Virus record (IMG/VR): IMGVR_UViG_3300022305_000326
Location: 1-64,000 of that record
Origin: a virus
Taxonomy: Duplodnaviria; Caudoviricetes
DNA length: 64,000 nucleotides
Direction: 5' to 3' (one strand)
Positions 9,703 through 18,127 of the stretch are shown in pieces. The position numbers and the translations under genes are program-made. Below the pieces are notes generated by a model. It saw only the letters and a list, made by a program, of their open reading frames with translations. It was not told the origin of the DNA and did not search any database. How positions within the stretch are numbered: the first letter of the stretch is position 1; each line of letters begins with the position of its first letter.

Positions 9703-10607
9703 TGGCAAAAATTAACGGAACCTTGAATGTAACGGGTCTTACGACATTAGAAACTTTGACCGTCAATGGCGCTTCAGTATTTGGCTCGTCGGTCATTGTA
9801 CCTGTTCCAGTAACAGATTTTGAAGCAGTTACTAAGAAATATGTCGATGATAATCTAACCGGACAATCAGCACTAAAGGTCAACAAATCTGGTGACACAA
9901 TGAGCGGGTTTTTGACGCTCCATGCAAACCCAACATTAGATTTTCATGCTGCAACCAAACAATATGTTGACATGGTTGTCGGTGGCATTTTTTACGTAAC
10001 CGGACCATCATCCGCAATAAATAATAATATTGCACTATTTGACGGTACAACTGGTAAGATAATAAAGGATGGATTGACAAGTCTTGGTGATCTCAATACC
10101 GCAACACAGACGGTAAATGCGACCAATAAAGCTACACTTGTTGATGCCGATAAATTACCTGTTGCTGATAGTGAAGCATCTAACGTATTGAAATATTTCA
10201 CGTATTCCAATCTTAAAAGTTCTCTGTCTACTTATTTTAACACACTTTATAGTAATAAGAACTATAGTGTTGGGTTTGGGTTCACGACCACACCAACTGC
10301 ATCCGAAATACTTTTGCTTCATACATTCTCAGAAACCATAACTTTCCCGGATGAATTTTTGGGGTCCGTAGGAAGAATCAGAACGAATCCGACCGCATCG
10401 TTCGTCTTGACAGTACAGAAAAATGTGGCTGGTAGTGGTATAACAACTGTCGGAACCATTACCGTGAGTACGGCTGGCGTATTTACTTTCACCACAACTG
10501 GAACAACTGTAGTATTTGCACCAACAGATGAGCTTGCAGTAATAGCTCCAGTTACACCAGACACGACCGCAGCAAACGTTTCAATCAATTTATTAGGGAC
10601 AAGATAA
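9702..10607 (+). CDS. Fibre-like virion protein, cassette 2 leader
   Basis: MAKINGTL N-terminus; AVTKKYVD and AATKQYVD repeats; C-terminal domain homologous to that of 12367 (ends LLGTR vs LHGTR). Confidence 0.65.
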   Translation: MAKINGTLNVTGLTTLETLTVNGASVFGSSVIVPVPVTDFEAVTKKYVDDNLTGQSALKVNKSGDTMSGFLTLHANPTLDFHAATKQYVDMVVGGIFYVTGPSSAINNNIALFDGTTGKIIKDGLTSLGDLNTATQTVNATNKATLVDADKLPVADSEASNVLKYFTYSNLKSSLSTYFNTLYSNKNYSVGFGFTTTPTASEILLLHTFSETITFPDEFLGSVGRIRTNPTASFVLTVQKNVAGSGITTVGTITVSTAGVFTFTTTGTTVVFAPTDELAVIAPVTPDTTAANVSINLLGTR

Positions 10608-11629
10608 TGCCAATTCCATCATATTGCGACAGTTTCATGTTGTATGATACGACTGTTTTGACTACAAAATATTTGTATATTACCCAGCAGATAGGGATAG
10701 CTACAACTGGCGGTAGAAATAATGGTAGATGCCTATCGCTAAACACTGGTACTGCTTCGTCCGTTGGAAACCCAGTTGTAGCGGGTAACAATTCTATCAA
10801 TATGGCCATAAGATTTAAATCATTGGAACTAGCTCCGAAGATTTTAATGACCCTACGTAATATAGCGAATTCCGTACACCATTTAACCGTATTATACACA
10901 TCGACTGGTCGTATCGAATTCAGACGAGGTGATTCTACTGGTACCCTATTAGCTACAAGTTCCTCGGTGTTGAACGCTAACGTTACCCATTCTATAAGCC
11001 TGAAATATACCGTAAATTCTACTACCGGGTCATTTAGTGCAAATATTAATGGTACAGCCGATTCAGGATTAACTGCATCGGGCGTCAATACACAAAATGG
11101 TGCGTCGGCAGATATCACCGCGTATTATATTGGATCAAGTACACAGAGTCCCGGCGCAGGAACATTGTTAGTTAATGATTTCGTTGTACGTGACGGATCA
11201 TTCCCATTACTTGGTGACGTTTATGTTGACGCTAAAGTTGTAACTGGACCGGGAACGTATCAGCAATTCACACCATCAACTGGCACAGACCATGCAGTAT
11301 TATTGGACGAAATTCCACCAAATACTACCGATTATGTTTCGTCAAGTACGACAGGCCACAGAGAAACCAATACAATATCACCGTTAACCGGAACACCGAC
11401 CATCTTATTTGTCCAAGCAGCAAATTACATGTATAAGAGTGACGCAGGTACAGCAATTGCCCGATCATTGATACGAAGTGGTGCAACTAATGCATTCGGT
11501 GATCCTACAACATTGTTCGGAAGTCCTACTTATTACACGACATCATTCGACACCGATCCAAATACAGGTGTTGCATGGACGGTTGCGGCTGCTAATGCCG
11601 TTGAAGTTGGTATAGAGAACGCGACCTAA
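10607..11629 (+). CDS. Lectin/beta-sandwich virion protein, paralog of 13348
   Basis: Shares TTGGR.NG, GTLL, DEIPP..TDY.SS.TTG, KSDAG.AIAR..IR, PNT..AW, VE.G.EN with 13348. Confidence 0.6.
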   Translation: MPIPSYCDSFMLYDTTVLTTKYLYITQQIGIATTGGRNNGRCLSLNTGTASSVGNPVVAGNNSINMAIRFKSLELAPKILMTLRNIANSVHHLTVLYTSTGRIEFRRGDSTGTLLATSSSVLNANVTHSISLKYTVNSTTGSFSANINGTADSGLTASGVNTQNGASADITAYYIGSSTQSPGAGTLLVNDFVVRDGSFPLLGDVYVDAKVVTGPGTYQQFTPSTGTDHAVLLDEIPPNTTDYVSSSTTGHRETNTISPLTGTPTILFVQAANYMYKSDAGTAIARSLIRSGATNAFGDPTTLFGSPTYYTTSFDTDPNTGVAWTVAAANAVEVGIENAT

Positions 11630-11631
11630 TC

Positions 11632-12318
11632 ATGCCAGTTTCGACCGATTGGAGACTAAGGTTTCCCTCAAGCTATAACGCAAATGGTTATTTAGGGTTG
11701 GCCGAAATAGAAATGCGCGCAACTATCGGTGGTGCTGACGAAACCACAGGAAGAACGGCAAGTGCATTTATATTTTTGGGCGGATTCCCGCCAAGTAATG
11801 CAATCGATAACAATTCCGCGACTTTCTATACAACGGGTGGAAATTCACCGCCTGTTGGTGGACATTGGATAGCTGTAAATTTTGCATCAGCAATTCAGAT
11901 TGATCAGGTATTGGTTCAAGTTCGACCAGATGGTTTCAGAGAAGACCCTAAAGATATGGTTGTTGAATATCTTGACGGTACAGTATGGACTCCATATTGG
12001 AATTGGTATTTCACGACAGCTTGGACGGCAGGGGAATCCAGAACAGCAGACGTTGTTTCCGCATCCGTACCAGCAACAGAGCGACTTTCACAATCTAGTG
12101 CTGATCTAGTATATTCAGGAACACCATCAATTAGACTTTCACAATCTAGTGCAGAATTACCTTACTCTGCACTCCCTTCAATACTACTCAGTCAGTCTGG
12201 TGCTGATATTGTCTATAACACTACACCAGAAATAGTATTGAGTCAATCTGCGGTAGAATTTGTCTACTATATCAACCCATCTGTATCGCGTAGAAGATTA
12301 ATGACTGTTATCAACTAA
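11632..12318 (+). CDS. Discoidin/F5-8-like carbohydrate-binding domain plus four 17-aa SQS repeats
   Basis: PSNAIDNNSATFY...HWIAVNF...PKD..VEY.DG..W pattern; C-terminal LSQSSA repeats. Confidence 0.55.
   Translation: MPVSTDWRLRFPSSYNANGYLGLAEIEMRATIGGADETTGRTASAFIFLGGFPPSNAIDNNSATFYTTGGNSPPVGGHWIAVNFASAIQIDQVLVQVRPDGFREDPKDMVVEYLDGTVWTPYWNWYFTTAWTAGESRTADVVSASVPATERLSQSSADLVYSGTPSIRLSQSSAELPYSALPSILLSQSGADIVYNTTPEIVLSQSAVEFVYYINPSVSRRRLMTVIN
12083..12270 (+). repeat. 51-nt (17-aa) tandem repeat, four copies
   Basis: gactttcacaatctagtgc identical at 12083 and 12134; protein units LSQSSAD / LSQSSAE / LSQSGAD / LSQSAVE. Confidence 0.85.
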
Positions 12319-12333
12319 CAGCAGCCTATATTT

Positions 12334-12341
12334 GATAAATA
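12334..12341 (+). promoter_or_regulatory. Late promoter box GATAAATA
   Basis: Intergenic, ~25 nt upstream of 12367. Confidence 0.6.
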
Positions 12342-12366
12342 TAATACAATTTAGAAGAGTACATAA

Positions 12367-13335
12367 ATGTTACTGAACGGAAATTTAATTTTACCCGGAA
12401 CCGTATATGTTGGAATATCTCCAACATTGCCAGAACAGGTCGCAAATAAAGCATATGTTGATGGTCTTTTGGGTGGCTTCATAGCTCGTTCAGGCGACTC
12501 TATGACTGGACAGTTGATATTGTCTGGCGCACCAACTAATCCATTAGCGGCTGCAACGAAAGCATATGTTGATAGTGTCGTTAATAACGGGATATCAACA
12601 GAGGGCGGAACATTCACTGGACCAGTGTATCTATATGGTCCACCAACACAACCATCAGAAGCTGCTACGAAAGCATATGTCGATAGCGTATCAAATACGG
12701 TAGGAGAAAATCTAGGAACTGGTGTTGGTATATACGCACAGAAGGTTTTATCATCATTACAATTCAAATCATTAACTTCCGGAACCGGAATAACGATAGA
12801 TGATATCGGTAACGAATTGGTCATAAATTCTACGTCGTCAGGTACAGCATTTGACCCTGCCGATTATATTGCCGTAGCTGGTGGTACAATGATAGGGTCA
12901 CTGTACCTATCAGGCGATCCTGTAACTGGACTAGAGGCAGCAACTAAGGATTACGTAGATACTAAAACCGCATTTCCTGCATTTGATGTTCATGCATATT
13001 ATCCGGGAACAGTTCCATCTAGTACAAATATTGTCAGAAATCCCGTCGCTCGTGATGTCACATTTGGTGCTAATTTCGCTTCAAGTTACGCAACGGCATC
13101 GGTAGCTGCAACTGCTGAAACCACATTTATAGTAAACAAAATTGTCGCAGGGGTTGTGACTCAGATAGGAACCATCGTATTTGCCCTCGGGACAACAACT
13201 GGCACATTCACAACTACTGGCGGTCTGGCTATAACCATAGTTGCTGGTACTGTAATAAATATATTATCACCAGTAGTTCCAGATTTAACACTTAGCGATG
13301 TTGGGATCGCACTTCACGGAACTAGACTAAATTAA
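12367..13335 (+). CDS. Fibre-like virion protein, cassette 3 leader
   Basis: Four (A)(T/N)KxYVD repeats; LQFKSLTSGTGITI motif; C-terminal domain homologous to 9702. Confidence 0.65.
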   Translation: MLLNGNLILPGTVYVGISPTLPEQVANKAYVDGLLGGFIARSGDSMTGQLILSGAPTNPLAAATKAYVDSVVNNGISTEGGTFTGPVYLYGPPTQPSEAATKAYVDSVSNTVGENLGTGVGIYAQKVLSSLQFKSLTSGTGITIDDIGNELVINSTSSGTAFDPADYIAVAGGTMIGSLYLSGDPVTGLEAATKDYVDTKTAFPAFDVHAYYPGTVPSSTNIVRNPVARDVTFGANFASSYATASVAATAETTFIVNKIVAGVVTQIGTIVFALGTTTGTFTTTGGLAITIVAGTVINILSPVVPDLTLSDVGIALHGTRLN

Positions 13336-13347
13336 TTGGAGATTTAA

Positions 13348-14376
13348 ATGGCATTAATAGCAGGTGATGGTATTGGATATTATGCAGCAGCACAGGTTCC
13401 GTTAAAATGGACTGCTGGCGCATCACAATACGAAGTATTTACGACTGGTGGTAGAGCTAACGGACCAAGACTTAGATTAAGTTTTGGATTTTTCGGTGGA
13501 TGGGTACGTCGAATCGTATCCGGAAGTAATACTGAATTGATCGTTGGCGTTCGTTTTAAACCAGAATCATTCGATTGTCCAATCTTAGGATTCAAGAATA
13601 TCGGAACAAACTCTGTTCATGTTCAATTAATGTTGGATAGTGCTGGGCGTGTAAAGGTCAATCGCAATGGAGTTAATGGTACTCTTTTAGGTACTGGTGC
13701 AACCCCAATTATAATGAACGGATTGACTTATATCGAAGCGCGAGTAAATATCAATGATACTACTGGTTCGGTAGAAGTTCGATTAAATGGATCGACAACT
13801 CCAGATTTATTACTGACTGGAATAGACACTCAACAAGGTGCCGATCCAATCATTGACATGTTCTATCTTGGTGGTGATACATCATTCGGTGGAGCACCAG
13901 CAAGCTATTGTGACTTCTATCTTTGCGACACTACGGGATCATCGAATAACACATTTCTTGGTGATATTAAGGTCAGTTCACTTATTCCTATCGGAGATGG
14001 ATTCTATCAGGCATTCACGCCATCATCGGGGACAACTCATCACCACATGATCGATGAAATTCCACCAACATTAACGGACTACTTGTCGAGCGCAACAACT
14101 GGACAAAAAGAAAGTGTCACATTGACATCTCTTGGTGCTGCGTTGTCAATTAAGGCAATTCAGGTACATAGTTATTTGACTAAATCTGACGCTGGTTCTG
14201 CGATTGCAAGACAATTCATAAGAACAGCATCGACCGATTATAATGGTAATTCTTTGACACTATCAACGGACCCATTATACGTTACAACTATATACGAACA
14301 GAACCCGAATACCACAGCGGCATGGGGATTGAGTGAAGTCAATACTGTTGAAATTGGACTTGAGAATATTACCTAA
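13348..14376 (+). CDS. Lectin/beta-sandwich virion protein, paralog of 10607
   Basis: Colinear similarity with 10607 over the full length; SD ggag upstream. Confidence 0.6.
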   Translation: MALIAGDGIGYYAAAQVPLKWTAGASQYEVFTTGGRANGPRLRLSFGFFGGWVRRIVSGSNTELIVGVRFKPESFDCPILGFKNIGTNSVHVQLMLDSAGRVKVNRNGVNGTLLGTGATPIIMNGLTYIEARVNINDTTGSVEVRLNGSTTPDLLLTGIDTQQGADPIIDMFYLGGDTSFGGAPASYCDFYLCDTTGSSNNTFLGDIKVSSLIPIGDGFYQAFTPSSGTTHHHMIDEIPPTLTDYLSSATTGQKESVTLTSLGAALSIKAIQVHSYLTKSDAGSAIARQFIRTASTDYNGNSLTLSTDPLYVTTIYEQNPNTTAAWGLSEVNTVEIGLENIT

Positions 14377-14615
14377 TGACTGATGTATTACTGCAACAGT
14401 ATACTGCTGAAACGATCTCGTCATCATCTAGCGAGACACAACTACAACAAAGTTCGTTGGAAGTTGTGTCTGCTTCTGCTACTAATGTACTGTACGGCCA
14501 AGCTTCAACTGAAGTTCTTCACACTCCACCAAACCTAATACTTCTACATCAGATGATGGTGGAAGTATTTTATATTGGTACTACAACGTTACCTGTTATA
14601 TTCATGACATCTTGA
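14376..14615 (+). CDS. Small protein made of four 17-aa Q-x3-E repeats (paralog of the C-terminus of 11632)
   Basis: LLQQYTAE / QLQQSSLE / LYGQASTE / LLHQMMVE at 17-aa spacing. Confidence 0.6.
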   Translation: MTDVLLQQYTAETISSSSSETQLQQSSLEVVSASATNVLYGQASTEVLHTPPNLILLHQMMVEVFYIGTTTLPVIFMTS

Positions 14616-14621
14616 TAAATA
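14614..14621 (+). promoter_or_regulatory. Late promoter box GATAAATA
   Basis: ~27 nt upstream of 14648. Confidence 0.6.
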
Positions 14622-14647
14622 AGTATTCATAAAACAAGAATAATAAA

Positions 14648-14851
14648 ATGAACAAAAATAAAAAAACCATATTACTCAAACTCAGCAGAATTTTCAAACA
14701 GCCATCGACATACTCGGCAATATGTGCGTTGTTGGTCGCATCTAAATTTGGAATTCATATTGACCAAGGATTTATCACAGCTATTACAGACTTCGGAATA
14801 GTTGTGGCTGGTGCAGTCGGAATCTGGGTAGACGAAGCAGCACCACAGTAA
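14648..14851 (+). CDS. Small membrane protein, putative holin (2 TM segments)
   Basis: Basic N-terminus, KQPSTY motif, two hydrophobic segments, 67 aa. Confidence 0.5.
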   Translation: MNKNKKTILLKLSRIFKQPSTYSAICALLVASKFGIHIDQGFITAITDFGIVVAGAVGIWVDEAAPQ

Positions 14852-16158
14852 TGTATTTCTCTGGATTGACATTCTATCAGAAACAATTACCGACTTGTTT
14901 TGGTTCGGTCGATTCGTTCTATGGAATGACCGGAAGTTCACTCACATTCGAACAGGTTGATGCGGTAATTCCAATCATAGATGGAGTCGTAACAGAAACC
15001 CCACCGAATCTTGCTGTTAGTATAGATTTGGTTGATTCTAGTTGCGTCAGTAAAATTGACATTAGACCATCAGGACCACTTGTCATATCTGATACATTTA
15101 CTGGTGTCAACGGTACTGGAATATCACTCCATAGCTCTGAAGTTGGTAGTGGCTATATCAAACAGTATATTAATGCACCAGATACAATGGTAATCGTTGA
15201 CGGTAAACTACAGACGGACGTTGCTCAGAATGGTGGTGGACCATCAGTATTCAGTAACCTATCTAAGAACCCTTTGACAAATTTCTATGTGGAATTTGAT
15301 GTATACTATTCCCCATCAAGCAATAGTGAAATTATATTCGGTTCGTTGTACTACGACTACTACCCATCTAGAATAGATTTAGGGTCAACCAGAATAATTA
15401 ATTTTTACGAAAATACATTAAACATATACGCAGATACGACAACGAATACATTCCAATTCTACAGTCGTGATAACGCAGTATATAATCTATCAGATTTCGG
15501 TATCGTATTACAAACCACGCTACCATATAAAGTCAGAATAGAAATTACAGAAAAATTCTTCACCAGAGTCTACTGTAACGGGATATTGATCTTTACCGAA
15601 TACCGCACATCTACAATAGTTCCAGATTATTTTGAAACTAATCATACGATGCTCGGCGTTAGAGAATATGACACCTTCGAAAATGCACCAAAATTTGACA
15701 ACTATAAAGTCGGGTTAATTGGTACAGTTTTTATGACTGCTGACTCTTTCATTTCGAGATTCGATATGTCATCCGACCTTGTAAATAATTTGGTATTTGG
15801 TGCGCGTATATCTATCGAAGACCCGACACCATTCCCACTCGAAATTGTCGATAATGTTGTGGCCACTAACATTCCATGGGGTAATATCGGATATGCATGT
15901 GAATTGTATCTCGGTGACGATGCCACAACGTTCAATCTGAATCTTACTGGTGTAGAAGTTGGTTATAGATATATTCAAATACACAATGATCCAGCAAAAA
16001 CCTACCCGACATTCACGTATTCAGTTAACGGTGGAACCACCGCAGCTATAACATACGGATTAACAGGCGTATCTTTATATGGATCGCACGTATCGAATAT
16101 AAGATTTTACTGGAACGGCACAACTATGACATACGAAGCTGTACATCTGACACCATAA
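14851..16158 (+). CDS. ConA/LamG-like lectin-domain virion protein, paralog of 16160
   Basis: DTFTGVNGT, NPLTNFYVEFDV, VYCNG, FDNYKVGLIGT. Confidence 0.5.
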   Translation: MYFSGLTFYQKQLPTCFGSVDSFYGMTGSSLTFEQVDAVIPIIDGVVTETPPNLAVSIDLVDSSCVSKIDIRPSGPLVISDTFTGVNGTGISLHSSEVGSGYIKQYINAPDTMVIVDGKLQTDVAQNGGGPSVFSNLSKNPLTNFYVEFDVYYSPSSNSEIIFGSLYYDYYPSRIDLGSTRIINFYENTLNIYADTTTNTFQFYSRDNAVYNLSDFGIVLQTTLPYKVRIEITEKFFTRVYCNGILIFTEYRTSTIVPDYFETNHTMLGVREYDTFENAPKFDNYKVGLIGTVFMTADSFISRFDMSSDLVNNLVFGARISIEDPTPFPLEIVDNVVATNIPWGNIGYACELYLGDDATTFNLNLTGVEVGYRYIQIHNDPAKTYPTFTYSVNGGTTAAITYGLTGVSLYGSHVSNIRFYWNGTTMTYEAVHLTP

Positions 16159-16159
16159 T

Positions 16160-17689
16160 ATGATTAATTTAACTGCTTCATTGACTACACCACCGACTAA
16201 TGATTCCAAGTCTATAAATTTCAGATACGAAAGATCGTTTTCTGAACCCTTAGCAGATACGATGAATTTTAGCGTGAGTGATGGGTCAAACATCCCTGCT
16301 GATGTTTACACCGCACCAATTGGTCCCGGTGAAGAAGGATATTGGGCAACTAGATTGATATGGACCGATGGCGTAATGTCAACTGAAGCTGTGTGGGTGT
16401 CAAATGGCATCGTTCTACACTACGATACATTCACCGCGATAAATGGAACAAAAATTGTTAATTCTCCATATTTCCCGGATAAAGGACTACCGTACTATTA
16501 CGGTAATGAAACGCATCCATTAAGCACTAGAACTTCTGGTGACGGTACGGCTTTGCAGGATGATTGGAATGGTTTGAGAATAACCAATAATGGGCTACAG
16601 CAGTTAACGCAGCCCGTAATTGAATCTGCATATTTCAGAGAATTGTATATCTCTATTGGTACAGAGAATCCAGTTACAAATTTCTATCTGGAATTTGATG
16701 TCACATGGTACGAACCAACTGTTGACGATGAAAGTTATTGGTCATTATACATCGGAAACGGTTCTATAAAAAAGAGAGTATTTGTCGGGTACGCACCAGA
16801 CGTTTTCCATGACAGGGGTGAAACTTGGCATCAAATAGAATATAACGGGTATAGTGGACCCGGTGTTAACTATACCGGATTTTACTATCAAAACGCACCG
16901 GCTACAATATATTTGGGTGAATTGATTGGCGGTGTCGTTTATGGTCAGCCGATGAGATTTAGAAGTGAATATATCAAAGACGTTGGCGTTAAGCATTACA
17001 TAAATGGACAATATGTTGGAATGTATGCTGGCACTCTTGGCTATTTCTATGCAGACAGAATAGGGCTTGAGTTTATAGCATATACATTCCCATCGAAAGA
17101 TTTTATACCAGCGGTATTCGACAATCTTAAAGTTGGTCTGATCGGTACAGAATTCCTAAATTTGCAGACGTATGAGAATAATATGTCTAATATTGGGCCA
17201 TTCCTGAATACAGTCTCAGATGCCCCTAAATGGCCGACCAGATATAAGACATCTGATATCATACTGACGGGGGAATTCGTCGTTGATAAGTATGTTGTCC
17301 CTAGCACTATTCCTATTAGCTGGACTAAAGATGGTCCGAAGTCACAACTATTCACACAGTACGACAACACCGGATTCTTCCATTTCAATATTTCGACTCT
17401 GGAAACCCTCAACACAATATTCCTAGACTTCACTGATCTTCCAGATAGAGTGAGTAGAAAATCTTTTGGTATAATTCGTAACGGCCAGAATAGAGTAAAT
17501 TCTCCGAACATCGGTACGCCAGCATATCTAGATGCACTAATTGTCAAGTATAGAGTCGGAACATCAGGTCCATATAAAACAGTCGCATTCAATGAAACCT
17601 TGACCAACGTATCCCAAGTATATTTGATTTTCGAAACTGATGGATTCACAGTTTCCGTTTATGATGCCAGACACTCTATATACACATAA
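16160..17689 (+). CDS. ConA/LamG-like lectin-domain virion protein, paralog of 14851
   Basis: DTFTAINGT, NPVTNFYLEFDV, HYING, FDNLKVGLIGT. Confidence 0.5.
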   Translation: MINLTASLTTPPTNDSKSINFRYERSFSEPLADTMNFSVSDGSNIPADVYTAPIGPGEEGYWATRLIWTDGVMSTEAVWVSNGIVLHYDTFTAINGTKIVNSPYFPDKGLPYYYGNETHPLSTRTSGDGTALQDDWNGLRITNNGLQQLTQPVIESAYFRELYISIGTENPVTNFYLEFDVTWYEPTVDDESYWSLYIGNGSIKKRVFVGYAPDVFHDRGETWHQIEYNGYSGPGVNYTGFYYQNAPATIYLGELIGGVVYGQPMRFRSEYIKDVGVKHYINGQYVGMYAGTLGYFYADRIGLEFIAYTFPSKDFIPAVFDNLKVGLIGTEFLNLQTYENNMSNIGPFLNTVSDAPKWPTRYKTSDIILTGEFVVDKYVVPSTIPISWTKDGPKSQLFTQYDNTGFFHFNISTLETLNTIFLDFTDLPDRVSRKSFGIIRNGQNRVNSPNIGTPAYLDALIVKYRVGTSGPYKTVAFNETLTNVSQVYLIFETDGFTVSVYDARHSIYT

Positions 17690-17694
17690 CTACC

Positions 17695-17702
17695 TATAAA
17701 TA
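17695..17702 (+). promoter_or_regulatory. T4 consensus late promoter TATAAATA
   Basis: Exact consensus, intergenic, upstream of gp25. Confidence 0.8.
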
Positions 17703-17728
17703 CAAAACATATTATACGGTATAGATAA

Positions 17729-18127
17729 ATGGCAGTTACAGATCAGTTGGTTCGATATAAAGACATAGACCTTACTCTTGCCTCTGTACCATCAACAGGT
17801 GACATTTCTGTTTATACGGACGAACGTGCCATCACACAGTCGATCAAAAATCTAGTTTTGACTAGACCATACGAAAGACTGTTCCAAGAAAATATTAGAT
17901 CACAGGTGTATTCAAGTTTATTCGAACTTAATACGCCTATAACACGTAATGCTATAGAACAGAGTGTAATAAACGTAATCACAAACTACGAGCCTAGAGC
18001 TATCGTACTTTCCGTGATTGCAACAAATTCACCAGACGAGAATGGTTATAAACTAACTATTACATATATTGTACGCACGACGACACGACAAGTTACATTT
18101 GATTTCATTTTATATAGAGTTCGATAA
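17729..18127 (+). CDS. gp25: Baseplate wedge subunit
   Basis: YKDIDL, AITQSIKNLVLT.PYERLF, I.NYEPR. Confidence 0.93.
   Translation: MAVTDQLVRYKDIDLTLASVPSTGDISVYTDERAITQSIKNLVLTRPYERLFQENIRSQVYSSLFELNTPITRNAIEQSVINVITNYEPRAIVLSVIATNSPDENGYKLTITYIVRTTTRQVTFDFILYRVR

Noticed and set aside
12083-12270. CRISPR-like mini-array suggested by a 19-nt repeat at 51-nt spacing
   Set aside because: The repeats are in-frame coding units of a 17-aa protein repeat, degenerate after two copies, with no cas genes
6839-17689. Diversity-generating retroelement or invertase-driven fibre switching
   Set aside because: No reverse transcriptase or site-specific recombinase in the window, no long repeat pair differing only at adenines, and all cassettes are on one strand
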